NCBI GenBank assembly: GCA_031423895.1
Contig: JANPGK010000012.1
Location: forward strand, 73-64,072
Direction: 5' to 3'
Source: Hyphomicrobiales bacterium
GTDB taxonomy: Bacteria; Pseudomonadota; Alphaproteobacteria; Rhizobiales; JANPGK01
Length of the DNA: 64,000 bases
Shown: piece by piece, positions 49,111 to 57,791 of the stretch
Numbering within the stretch: the stretch's first letter is position 1
Layout of the letters: every line of letters begins with the position of its first letter
Made by a program: the position numbers and the translations under genes
The notes under the pieces: generated by a model
Seen by the model: only the letters and a program-made list of their open reading frames with translations
Database searches by the model: none
What the model was told of the DNA's origin: nothing

Positions 49111-50346
49111 ATGTATCTGGTTCTAAAATTTGGTGGCACCTCGGTGGCGAATGTGGAGCGCATTAAAAATGCCGCGTTACATGTGAAGCGCGAAATGGAA
49201 GCTGGCCACAAGGTGGCTGTGGTGGTTTCGGCAATGTCGGGCGCCACCAACCAGTTGGTTTCATGGGTGAAGGAAGCCTCGGAGCTGTATGACCCCAAAG
49301 AATATGACGCCGTTGTGGCCTCAGGCGAACAAGTGACCGCAGGGCTTATGGCCATTGTGTTGCAATCGCTGGGGCTCAAGGCGCGCAGCTGGCAAGGCTG
49401 GCAAGTGCCGCTGCAAACCGATTCCGCCCATGGGGCAGCCAGCATCACCAATATTGATGGCAGCGCCTTACGTGCGGCGCTCGATACAGGCGAAGTGGCG
49501 GTGATTACGGGCTTCCAAGGCGTGGCAGCGGGCAACCGCATCGCCACATTGGGGCGTGGTGGCTCGGATACCTCCGCCGTGGCGCTGGCCGCCGCTGTGA
49601 AGGCCGATCGCTGCGATATTTACACCGATGTGGACGGCATTTACACAACCGACCCGCGCGTGGCACCAAAAGCCAAGCGGCTCGATAAAATCTCCTATGA
49701 AGAAATGCTGGAAATGGCCAGCCTTGGCGCCAAAGTGCTGCAAGTGCGTAGCGTGGAAATGGCCATGGTGCACCGCGTGCCCGTGCTGGTGCGCTCCAGC
49801 TTCGATGACGCATCACAAACAACATTCAATGGCACATTAATGTGCGATGAGGAGGATATTATGGAAAACAACACCGTGAGCGGCATTGCCTTCTCAAAAG
49901 ACGAAGCCAAAATCACCTTGCTGGGCGTGCAAGATAAGCCTGGCGTGGCTGCGGGCGTATTTGGCCCACTGGCTGAGGGGAATGTGAATGTCGATATGAT
50001 CGTGCAGAATATTTCAGCCGATGGCAAAACCACCGACATGACTTTCACCGTACCGCGTGCGGAATATGCCCGCGCGCGTGCCGTGATTGAGGCGGAACAA
50101 GCCAATATCAATTATGCAGAATTACGCGGCGATGTAGATGTGGTGAAAGTGTCGATTATCGGCGTGGGGATGCGCACCCATGCAGGGGTGGCCGCCAGCA
50201 TGTTCAAGGCAATGGCCGAAAAAGGCATCAATATTCAAGCAATCACCACCTCCGAAATCAAAGTATCGATTTTGATTGAAGAAGCCTACACCGAGCTGGC
50301 CGTGCGCACGTTACACACGCTCTATGGGCTGGATAAAGTGGCTTAA
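49111..50346 (+). CDS. lysC: Aspartate kinase
   Basis: MYLVLKFGGTSVANVERI.. and ..LGRGGSDTSAVALAA.. are present, with two C-terminal ACT domains. Confidence 0.96.
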   Translation: MYLVLKFGGTSVANVERIKNAALHVKREMEAGHKVAVVVSAMSGATNQLVSWVKEASELYDPKEYDAVVASGEQVTAGLMAIVLQSLGLKARSWQGWQVPLQTDSAHGAASITNIDGSALRAALDTGEVAVITGFQGVAAGNRIATLGRGGSDTSAVALAAAVKADRCDIYTDVDGIYTTDPRVAPKAKRLDKISYEEMLEMASLGAKVLQVRSVEMAMVHRVPVLVRSSFDDASQTTFNGTLMCDEEDIMENNTVSGIAFSKDEAKITLLGVQDKPGVAAGVFGPLAEGNVNVDMIVQNISADGKTTDMTFTVPRAEYARARAVIEAEQANINYAELRGDVDVVKVSIIGVGMRTHAGVAASMFKAMAEKGINIQAITTSEIKVSILIEEAYTELAVRTLHTLYGLDKVA

Positions 50347-50348
50347 AT

Positions 50349-50418
50349 TTAAGTAGATCCTCGGGCGAAGACCCGAGGATCTACTTAAGAAGATGGTCGG
50401 GTCAAGCCCGACCATGAC
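50349..50418. repeat. Double-hairpin palindromic repeat, family B, in the lysC/peroxiredoxin convergent spacer
   Basis: TTAAGTAGATCCTCGGGcgaagaCCCGAGGATCTACTTAAgaag-ATGGTCGGGtcaagCCCGACCAT-gac. It is nearly identical to the copy at 48152. Confidence 0.9.
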
Positions 50419-50427
50419 GTGCGGGCC

Positions 50428-50916
50428 TCACAACACTTCTAGCATTTTCTCCGCGCCAGAAATATCGGCATTGGAAGGCACATCTTCCACAAACAGCTGA
50501 TTCACAACCAAATTATCGATTACCATTGAAAAGCGCTGCGAGCGAGTGCCAAGGCCAAAGCCGCTACCATCCAGCGCAAGGCCAAGCGCTTTTGCCAAAT
50601 CGGCGTTTCCATCAGACAAAAACTGGATTTTATCGCCCGCGCCAGATGCTTTTTCCCATGCGTCCATCACAAACACATCATTCACCGCCACTACTGCTAG
50701 CAAATCCACGCCTTTGGCCTTGATGGCGGCCGCAGCCTTGGCATAACCTGGCAAATGGTTGCGATGGCAAGTGGGCGTAAACGCGCCCGGCACACCAAAC
50801 AACACCACTTTTTTGCCTGCGAACAGCTCGCCAGTGGTTTTGGCCACAGGGCCTTCATCGGTGTTAATGCGCAGAGTAATATCGTTAGGGAATGCGTGGC
50901 CAATTGCGATTGTCAT
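50428..50916 (-). CDS. Peroxiredoxin, Prx5 (PrxD/AhpC-TSA) type
   Basis: MTIAIGHAFPN..VVLFGVPGAFTPTCH.. is the peroxidatic Cys motif. The ORF-track start at 51081 reads through repeat A3 and is spurious. Confidence 0.92.
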   Translation of the reverse strand: MTIAIGHAFPNDITLRINTDEGPVAKTTGELFAGKKVVLFGVPGAFTPTCHRNHLPGYAKAAAAIKAKGVDLLAVVAVNDVFVMDAWEKASGAGDKIQFLSDGNADLAKALGLALDGSGFGLGTRSQRFSMVIDNLVVNQLFVEDVPSNADISGAEKMLEVL

Positions 50917-50944
50917 GTGTGTGTTCCTTGGGTTGTAGTAGAAA

Positions 50945-51067
50945 CCCTTCTCCCCTTGCGGGAGAAGGTGGCAGCGAAGCTGACGGATGAGGGGTTTTCT
51001 CATAAAACAGTCAAGTAACCCCTCACCCGCCCTTTCAGGGCACCCTCTCCCGCAAGGGGAGAGGGGA
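50945..51067 (+). repeat. Triple-hairpin repeat, family A, copy 3 (peroxiredoxin/gltB divergent spacer)
   Basis: It contains ccttctcc-ccttgcg-ggagaagg, then ggatgaggggtt..aacccctcaccc, then ccctctccc-gcaa-ggggagaggg. Confidence 0.88.
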
Positions 51068-51186
51068 AATAACGAAGCCACCCTATGCTAAAATTCTGCG
51101 CCTGTCAGCAGCAAAAAATCCTTTGTCAAATGTGCATATCCGTAGTAAGAGCGTGCGGTTATGCTGCATAGCAATGTGGCAGAACA

Positions 51187-54100
51187 ATGGCTTTACCAGC
51201 AACATATGGCGTCACAATGCTTACTCATGAGAATGCGTCTTCACTCCCAGTAATAAACGGCCGTGCCCATGGTATGCCCGCCGCACAGGGGCTTTATACC
51301 CCTGCAAACGAGCATGACTCGTGTGGTGTCGGCTTTGTTGCGCATATTAAGGGCAAGAAGTCGAATGAGATTGTGAAAAATGCGCTCAAAATGTTGTGCA
51401 ATTTAGAGCATCGCGGTGCTGTGGGCGCAGACCCTCACGCGGGGGATGGTGCAGGCATACTTGTGCAGATTCCGCATAGCTTCTTTGCTAAATCAGCCAA
51501 ATCATTAGGGTTCTCTCTGCCAGAAGCGGGGCATTATGGCGTTGGCCATATTTTCATGCCGCATGATGATGCCGTGGAAGCCAAGATCAAAACCGAAATT
51601 GAAGCCGTTGCCATTGAACGTGGCCATAAAGTGCTGGGTTGGCGCAAAGTGCCCACCTCGGCTGAGGGCTTGGGCGAAACCGTAAAAACCACTGAACCAC
51701 GCCATTGGCAGGTGTTTATTGGTCGTGGCGCCGCTGCTGCCGATGAGGCGGATTTTGAACGCGCGCTCTATTTCATGCGCAAAATGCTCACCAATGCGGT
51801 GTATAATTGGCAAAATGAGGCCAGTAAGGGCTTTTATGTGGTGTCGCTTTCCTGCCGCACCATTGTGTATAAAGGCATGTTCCTTTCGGGTCAATTGGGC
51901 CAATATTATGCCGATTTGCGTGATGAAAGCTTTGAAAGCGCCATCGGCCTTGTGCATCAACGCTTTTCAACCAACACATTCCCGGCGTGGTCGCTCGCCC
52001 ACCCTTACCGCATGGTGGCGCATAATGGCGAAATCAACACCCTGCGCGGCAATGTGAACTGGATGGCGGCGCGGCAATCGAACTGCGCATCCGAGCTATT
52101 TGGCGATGATATTGAAAAGCTATGGCCCATTTCATGGGAAGGTCAGTCTGACACTGCATGTTTTGATAATGCGCTGGAATTTCTTGTGCAGGGCGGTTAT
52201 TCGCTCCCTCATGCGGTGATGATGATGATCCCCGAAGCGTGGGCGGGCAATCCGCTGATGAGTGATGAGCAGCGCGCATTTTATGAATATCATGCGGCGT
52301 TGATGGAACCATGGGACGGCCCTGCCGCTGTGGCGTTCACAAATGGCATCCAAATTGGTGCCACGCTCGATCGTAACGGTTTGCGCCCTGCCCGCTATTT
52401 GGTGACAGATGACGATATGGTGATCCTCGCCTCTGAAATGGGCGCGCTGGAAGTGCCTGAGGAGAAGATCGTTAAAAAATGGCGTTTACAGCCCGGCAAA
52501 ATGCTGTTGATCGACACTCAGCAAGGCCGCATAGTGAGTGATGAAGAGCTCAAAGACACGCTTGCCGCCATTAATCCCTATCAAAAATGGCTCGACAACA
52601 CCCAAATGGTGTTGGAAGACCTACCTGAAATGGCGGGTACAAGCTGGAAAACCCCCACATCGCTGCTCGACCGCCAGCAGGCGTTTGGCTACAGCCAAGA
52701 AGATATCAAACTGATCATGGCGCCGATGGCCGCCACTGGCCAAGAAGCTATTGGCTCGATGGGCAATGATTCCCCAATTGCGGCGATGTCGGATCGCTCA
52801 AAATTGCTGTATAATTACTTCAAGCAAAAATTTGCGCAGGTGACAAACCCGCCCATCGACCCGATCCGTGAAGAGCATGTGATGTCGCTGGTGTCGTTTA
52901 TTGGCCCGCGCCCGAACTTATTTGACCTCAAAGGCTATTCCAAACAAAAACGCTTGGAAGTGCGCCAGCCCATTCTCACCAACATCGATCTTGAGAAAAT
53001 TCAGGGTATTTCCGCCATTGCGGAGAATTACTTTCTCACCATCACGCTCGACCTCACCTACCCCATAGAGCGCGGCGCTGAAAACATGCGCGCTGCATTA
53101 GCGCGTGTGTGCCAAAAAGCCGAGGATGCTGTGCGCGCTGGCCACAACATCATTGTGCTGTCCGACCGTTTAGTGGGCGAGGCGCGTGTGGCGATTCCCG
53201 CGCTTTTGGCCACATCTGGCGTGCATAATCACCTGATCCGCAAGGGTTTGCGCACATCTGTTGGCCTTGTGGTGGAAACGGGCGAGGCGCGTGAGGTGCA
53301 TCATTTTGCGTGTTTGGCAGGCTTTGGCGCCGAGGCGATCAACCCCTATTTGGCGTTTGAAACTGTGTTGAGCATGAAAAAAGACATGCCCGCCAATATT
53401 TCTGAACAAGAGTTGGTGTATCGCTACATCAAAGCCATCGACAAAGGCCTACTGAAGGTGATGTCGAAAATGGGCATTTCCACCTATCAATCCTATTGCG
53501 GGGCGCAAATTTTTGACGCCATCGGCTTAGGACAAAGCTTTGTGGATGAATTCTTCTTCGGCACTGCCACATCGATTGAAGGCGTGGGGCTGGATGAAGT
53601 GGCAATCGAAACCTTTGAACGCCATAAGCGCGCATTTGGTAACATACCCGAGCTTGAAGGTGCACTGGATGTTGGTGGCGAATATGGCCTGCGCATGCGC
53701 GGCGAGCAACATGTGTGGGCACCCGATAGCGTGGCCAATTTACAACATGCTGTGCGCGCCAATCTGCCTGAAAAATACCGCGCATTTGCGGCACAGGTGA
53801 ATGAGGAAGACGCAAAACGCGCCACCATACGTGGGCTATTCAAAATCAAATCCGCTGCCGATTTTGGTCGCAAACCTATCCCGCTTGATGAGGTGGAACC
53901 CGCATCTGAAATCGTCAAACGCTTCGCCACAGGCGCGATGTCCTTCGGCTCGATCAGCCGCGAGGCGCACACCACCTTGGCCAAAGCGATGAACGCAATC
54001 GGCGGCAAATCCAACACCGGCGAAGGTGGGGAAGAGCCAGAACGGCTGTATCCGCTGCCTGGCCAACCCAATATGCGTAGCGCCATCAAACAGGTGGCAT

Positions 54101-55872
54101 CTGGTCGTTTTGGGGTCACCACCGAATATTTGGTGTGTGCCGACCAAATACAAATTAAAGTGGCGCAAGGGGCAAAACCAGGCGAAGGCGGGCAATTGCC
54201 AGGCCACAAAGTGAATGCCGTGATTGCGCGCGTGCGATTCTCCACGCAAGGTGTTGGGCTGATTTCACCACCACCACACCACGATATTTACTCGATTGAA
54301 GACCTTGCTCAGCTGATCTTCGACCTCAAAAACGTGAACCCAAAAGCCGATATTTCGGTGAAACTCGTTTCATCGGTTGGGGTGGGCACAGTGGCCGCAG
54401 GTGTGGCCAAAGCGCGTGCAGACCACATCGTAATTGCGGGCTATGAAGGCGGCACAGGTGCATCGCCGCTCACCGCGATTAAACATGCTGGCTTGCCGTG
54501 GGAAATTGGCCTTGCCGAAACCCAGCAAACTTTGGTGATGAACAAGCTGCGCTCCCGCGTTGCGGTGCAAGTTGATGGTGGCTTGCGCACAGGGCGCGAT
54601 GTGGTTGTGGGCGCGCTACTCGGCGCCGATGAATATGGCTTTGCCACCGCCCCGCTCATTGCGGCGGGTTGCATTATGATGCGCAAATGCCACCTTAATA
54701 CCTGCCCCGTGGGTGTGGCCACGCAAGACCCAGAACTGCGCCGCCGCTTTAAAGGCACGCCCGAGCACGTGATTAACTATTTCTTCTTCGTTGCGGAAGA
54801 AGTGCGTGAATTGCTGGCACAAATGGGTGTGAAATCGCTGCGCGAGATCATTGGCGCTACCGAGTTCCTCGATCAAGACAAAAGCAAATTGGCCGCAAAA
54901 AGTCATGGACTCGATGTCACCAAGCTGTTTTACAAACCTGAAGTGAAATCGGCTGATGAGCTGCGCCACAGCGCTGTGCAGGAGCATCCCATCAGTAATG
55001 TGCTGGATGTCAAGATGATTGCGCAGGCGCAAGCTGCACTTGAAACAGGCAAAAAAGTGAAAATTGCTCTGCCAATTCACAATGTGGATCGCTCCACTGG
55101 CGCCATGATTTCAGGCCAAGTGGCCATGCGCTATGGCCATAAAGGCCTGCCCGATGGCACAATTGATGTGACCCTCACCGGCACGGCTGGCCAAGCGTTT
55201 GGCGCATGGGTGGCAAAAGGCGTGAGCCTCACATTGGTGGGCGAAGGCAATGATTATATCGGCAAAGGCCTTTCAGGCGGGCGCCTCATCATCAAACCAC
55301 ATGCACACACCCGCATTGTGCCGCACCAATCCATCATTGCAGGCAACACCGCGCTCTATGGCGCCATTGCGGGCGAATGCTACATAGCAGGGGTTGCGGG
55401 CGAGCGTTTCGCAGTGCGCAATTCAGGCGCAATCGCGGTGGTTGAAGGCACGGGTGACAACGCCTGCGAATATATGACAGGTGGCTTGGTGTTGATTTTG
55501 GGGCAAACTGGCCGCAATTTCGCAGCGGGCATGTCGGGCGGTGTCGCCTATGTGTTGGATGAAGCGGGTGATTTTGCCCAGCGCTGCAACATGGCGATGG
55601 TGGATCTCGAGCCTGTTTTGGCCGAGGCAGAACTGCTCAAAGGCGAAGTGGAATTTAAGGGTAAAGTGGACGTGCAAGGCCATATTGGGTCTGACGATGA
55701 GAAGCAAGTCAAAGCGCTCATCACTGCGCATGTCAAACGCACAGGTTCAGCGCGCGGCCAAGACATTCTGCACAATTGGGCGGAATATCGCGGTAAATTT
55801 GTGAAAGTCATGCCAATTGAATATGCCCGCGCCTTGCGGGAAGGGTTAGCGATTCCAGTGGCAGCAGAGTAA
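51187..55872 (+). CDS. gltB: Glutamate synthase large subunit
   Basis: ..EHDSCGVGFVAHIKG.. is the amidotransferase Cys, followed by the FMN/Fe-S central and GXGXG C-terminal domains. The protein is 1561 aa. An alternative start exists at the Met 10 codons downstream. Confidence 0.97.
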   Translation: MALPATYGVTMLTHENASSLPVINGRAHGMPAAQGLYTPANEHDSCGVGFVAHIKGKKSNEIVKNALKMLCNLEHRGAVGADPHAGDGAGILVQIPHSFFAKSAKSLGFSLPEAGHYGVGHIFMPHDDAVEAKIKTEIEAVAIERGHKVLGWRKVPTSAEGLGETVKTTEPRHWQVFIGRGAAAADEADFERALYFMRKMLTNAVYNWQNEASKGFYVVSLSCRTIVYKGMFLSGQLGQYYADLRDESFESAIGLVHQRFSTNTFPAWSLAHPYRMVAHNGEINTLRGNVNWMAARQSNCASELFGDDIEKLWPISWEGQSDTACFDNALEFLVQGGYSLPHAVMMMIPEAWAGNPLMSDEQRAFYEYHAALMEPWDGPAAVAFTNGIQIGATLDRNGLRPARYLVTDDDMVILASEMGALEVPEEKIVKKWRLQPGKMLLIDTQQGRIVSDEELKDTLAAINPYQKWLDNTQMVLEDLPEMAGTSWKTPTSLLDRQQAFGYSQEDIKLIMAPMAATGQEAIGSMGNDSPIAAMSDRSKLLYNYFKQKFAQVTNPPIDPIREEHVMSLVSFIGPRPNLFDLKGYSKQKRLEVRQPILTNIDLEKIQGISAIAENYFLTITLDLTYPIERGAENMRAALARVCQKAEDAVRAGHNIIVLSDRLVGEARVAIPALLATSGVHNHLIRKGLRTSVGLVVETGEAREVHHFACLAGFGAEAINPYLAFETVLSMKKDMPANISEQELVYRYIKAIDKGLLKVMSKMGISTYQSYCGAQIFDAIGLGQSFVDEFFFGTATSIEGVGLDEVAIETFERHKRAFGNIPELEGALDVGGEYGLRMRGEQHVWAPDSVANLQHAVRANLPEKYRAFAAQVNEEDAKRATIRGLFKIKSAADFGRKPIPLDEVEPASEIVKRFATGAMSFGSISREAHTTLAKAMNAIGGKSNTGEGGEEPERLYPLPGQPNMRSAIKQVASGRFGVTTEYLVCADQIQIKVAQGAKPGEGGQLPGHKVNAVIARVRFSTQGVGLISPPPHHDIYSIEDLAQLIFDLKNVNPKADISVKLVSSVGVGTVAAGVAKARADHIVIAGYEGGTGASPLTAIKHAGLPWEIGLAETQQTLVMNKLRSRVAVQVDGGLRTGRDVVVGALLGADEYGFATAPLIAAGCIMMRKCHLNTCPVGVATQDPELRRRFKGTPEHVINYFFFVAEEVRELLAQMGVKSLREIIGATEFLDQDKSKLAAKSHGLDVTKLFYKPEVKSADELRHSAVQEHPISNVLDVKMIAQAQAALETGKKVKIALPIHNVDRSTGAMISGQVAMRYGHKGLPDGTIDVTLTGTAGQAFGAWVAKGVSLTLVGEGNDYIGKGLSGGRLIIKPHAHTRIVPHQSIIAGNTALYGAIAGECYIAGVAGERFAVRNSGAIAVVEGTGDNACEYMTGGLVLILGQTGRNFAAGMSGGVAYVLDEAGDFAQRCNMAMVDLEPVLAEAELLKGEVEFKGKVDVQGHIGSDDEKQVKALITAHVKRTGSARGQDILHNWAEYRGKFVKVMPIEYARALREGLAIPVAAE

Positions 55873-55884
55873 AGGACGCGTATC

Positions 55885-57291
55885 ATGGGTAAAGTGACAG
55901 GATTTTTAGAAATCGATCGGTTGGAGCAAAAATATGAGCCAACTGGGGATCGTATCCGCCATTACCGCGAGTTCACCTTGCCGATGGAAGCGCGCGATGT
56001 GGAAAAGCAAGCCTCTCGCTGCATGGATTGCGGCATTCCTTATTGCCACACAGGCTGCCCTGTGAATAACCAAATCCCCGATTGGAACGATTTGGTCTAT
56101 CAATCCGACTGGCAAAATGCGGCCCATAATTTGCATTCCACCAATAACTTCCCTGAATTTACAGGTCGTACCTGCCCCGCACCATGCGAGGATGCTTGCA
56201 CATTATATTTAGAAGGCGCACCGGTTACCATTAAATCGATCGAGAATTCTATCGTTGAGCGCGCATGGAAAGAAGGTTGGGTGCAGCCAAAACCTGCGAA
56301 AGTAAAAACAGGCAAATCTGTGGCCATCATCGGATCAGGCCCTGCAGGCTTGGCTGCCGCACAACAATTGGCGCGCGCCGGCCATAATGTGCATGTGTAT
56401 GAGCGTGAAGCCAAAGCGGGCGGTTTATTGCGATATGGCATCCCCGATTTTAAAATGGAAAAATGGACGATCGACCGCCGCCTTGCGCAGCTCGAAGCCG
56501 AAGGTGTGATTTTTTACTATAATATGAATGTTGGCACCAGTGTATCGGCGCAAAAGCTAGTGGATAATCATGATGCGGTGATTTTGGCCATTGGTGCGGA
56601 AGCCCCGCGAGACCCGCAATTGCCAGGGCAACAACTGCAAGGCGTAGAATATGCAATGCCCTATCTCACGCAATCCAACAAAAAAGTATCAGGCCAAGGC
56701 ATTGGCGATGAGACACAAATTTTCGCGACTGGCAAACATGTGGTGGTGATCGGCGGCGGCGATACAGCCTCCGACTGCGTGGGCACAGCCTTCCGCCAAG
56801 GGGCGTTGGCCGTTACTCAGCTCGATATTCGCCCCGTGCCCCCCAAAAAAGAAGATGTCCTCACCGTTTGGCCCTATTACCCCACCAAAATGCGGGTATC
56901 CTCCAGCCAAGCTGAAGGCGTAGAGCGCGAATTTGCTGTTGCCACCATTGCTATTGAAGGTGAAAATGGCGTTGCCACCCAAATCAAATGTGCGCGTGTG
57001 GATGCAAAACGCCAGCCAATTGCAGGCAGTGAGTTTTATATCAAGGCCGATTTGGTGTTGCTGGCCATCGGGTTCAGCGGCGCAATGACCACTACATTTG
57101 TCGACGCGCTCGGCATTGAAGCCAACGCCAACGGCACACTCAAAGCCGACGCAAAAGCGTTTTCAACCAAACACCCTAAAGTATTTGCAACGGGCGATGC
57201 GCGCCGTGGCCAATCGCTTGTGGTATGGGCCATCCGTGAAGGGCGCGATTGCGCTGCCGCAGTGGATGTGGCGTTAAAAGCTTCAGTCTAA
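55885..57291 (+). CDS. gltD: Glutamate synthase small subunit (NADPH)
   Basis: ..RCMDCGIPYCH..GCPVNNQIPDWN.. forms the Fe-S clusters. ..VAIIGSGPAGLAAA.. is a dinucleotide-binding motif. Confidence 0.96.
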   Translation: MGKVTGFLEIDRLEQKYEPTGDRIRHYREFTLPMEARDVEKQASRCMDCGIPYCHTGCPVNNQIPDWNDLVYQSDWQNAAHNLHSTNNFPEFTGRTCPAPCEDACTLYLEGAPVTIKSIENSIVERAWKEGWVQPKPAKVKTGKSVAIIGSGPAGLAAAQQLARAGHNVHVYEREAKAGGLLRYGIPDFKMEKWTIDRRLAQLEAEGVIFYYNMNVGTSVSAQKLVDNHDAVILAIGAEAPRDPQLPGQQLQGVEYAMPYLTQSNKKVSGQGIGDETQIFATGKHVVVIGGGDTASDCVGTAFRQGALAVTQLDIRPVPPKKEDVLTVWPYYPTKMRVSSSQAEGVEREFAVATIAIEGENGVATQIKCARVDAKRQPIAGSEFYIKADLVLLAIGFSGAMTTTFVDALGIEANANGTLKADAKAFSTKHPKVFATGDARRGQSLVVWAIREGRDCAAAVDVALKASV

Positions 57292-57384
57292 GCGTGCTCG
57301 CCGCACTTAATATTTTGATTTTACTTCTGCACGCAGCTGTGCCATAGTACATCTCTATTCAATAGATATATTTTGGAGCCTATA

Positions 57385-57789
57385 ATGACAATCCTCATCA
57401 AAGAACTTAGCGAATACAATCAATACGTAACTGATATAAAGACAACAATTGCAAAATTAGACCTCGAAATTACAAATGCTAAAATTGAAGCAAAAAAGTC
57501 GCCAACAATTTTAAATAGTTTAAGTAATTTCTTCTCAGGTGCAACGACTGAGCTTACAAACGCAAAGTCAACCGCACTAGTTATGAACCCAAAAACAACA
57601 ATTAATATGAAAGAATACGAAGGTTTTATAAAAAATAAAGGTACTATTGAAAGCAGTATCCACTTCGTAAAAACCTACCTTATAACCATAAAGAAAAATT
57701 TGCCCACTTCTATCTTGGTGTTGGCAGGGCTTGTAGGTGCGAGTGCATGGTTCGCCTCGCGCAATCTATCAAAAGACCAGATTTCATAA
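57385..57789 (+). CDS. Small tail-anchored protein, family member P5 (134 aa)
   Basis: tggag lies 7 nt upstream of the ATG. MTILIKELSEYNQY.. resembles the P1/P2/P4 N-termini. The C-terminus is ILVLAGLVGASAWFASRNLSKDQIS. The gene is AT-rich. Confidence 0.75.
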   Translation: MTILIKELSEYNQYVTDIKTTIAKLDLEITNAKIEAKKSPTILNSLSNFFSGATTELTNAKSTALVMNPKTTINMKEYEGFIKNKGTIESSIHFVKTYLITIKKNLPTSILVLAGLVGASAWFASRNLSKDQIS

Positions 57790-57791
57790 TT

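Noticed and set aside
51177-51191. Sigma-54-like sequence TGGCAG-N5-TGGC upstream of gltB.
   Set aside because: The GG/GC spacing fits, but the -12 element is poor and the motif overlaps the annotated gltB start codon. This is too weak to call.
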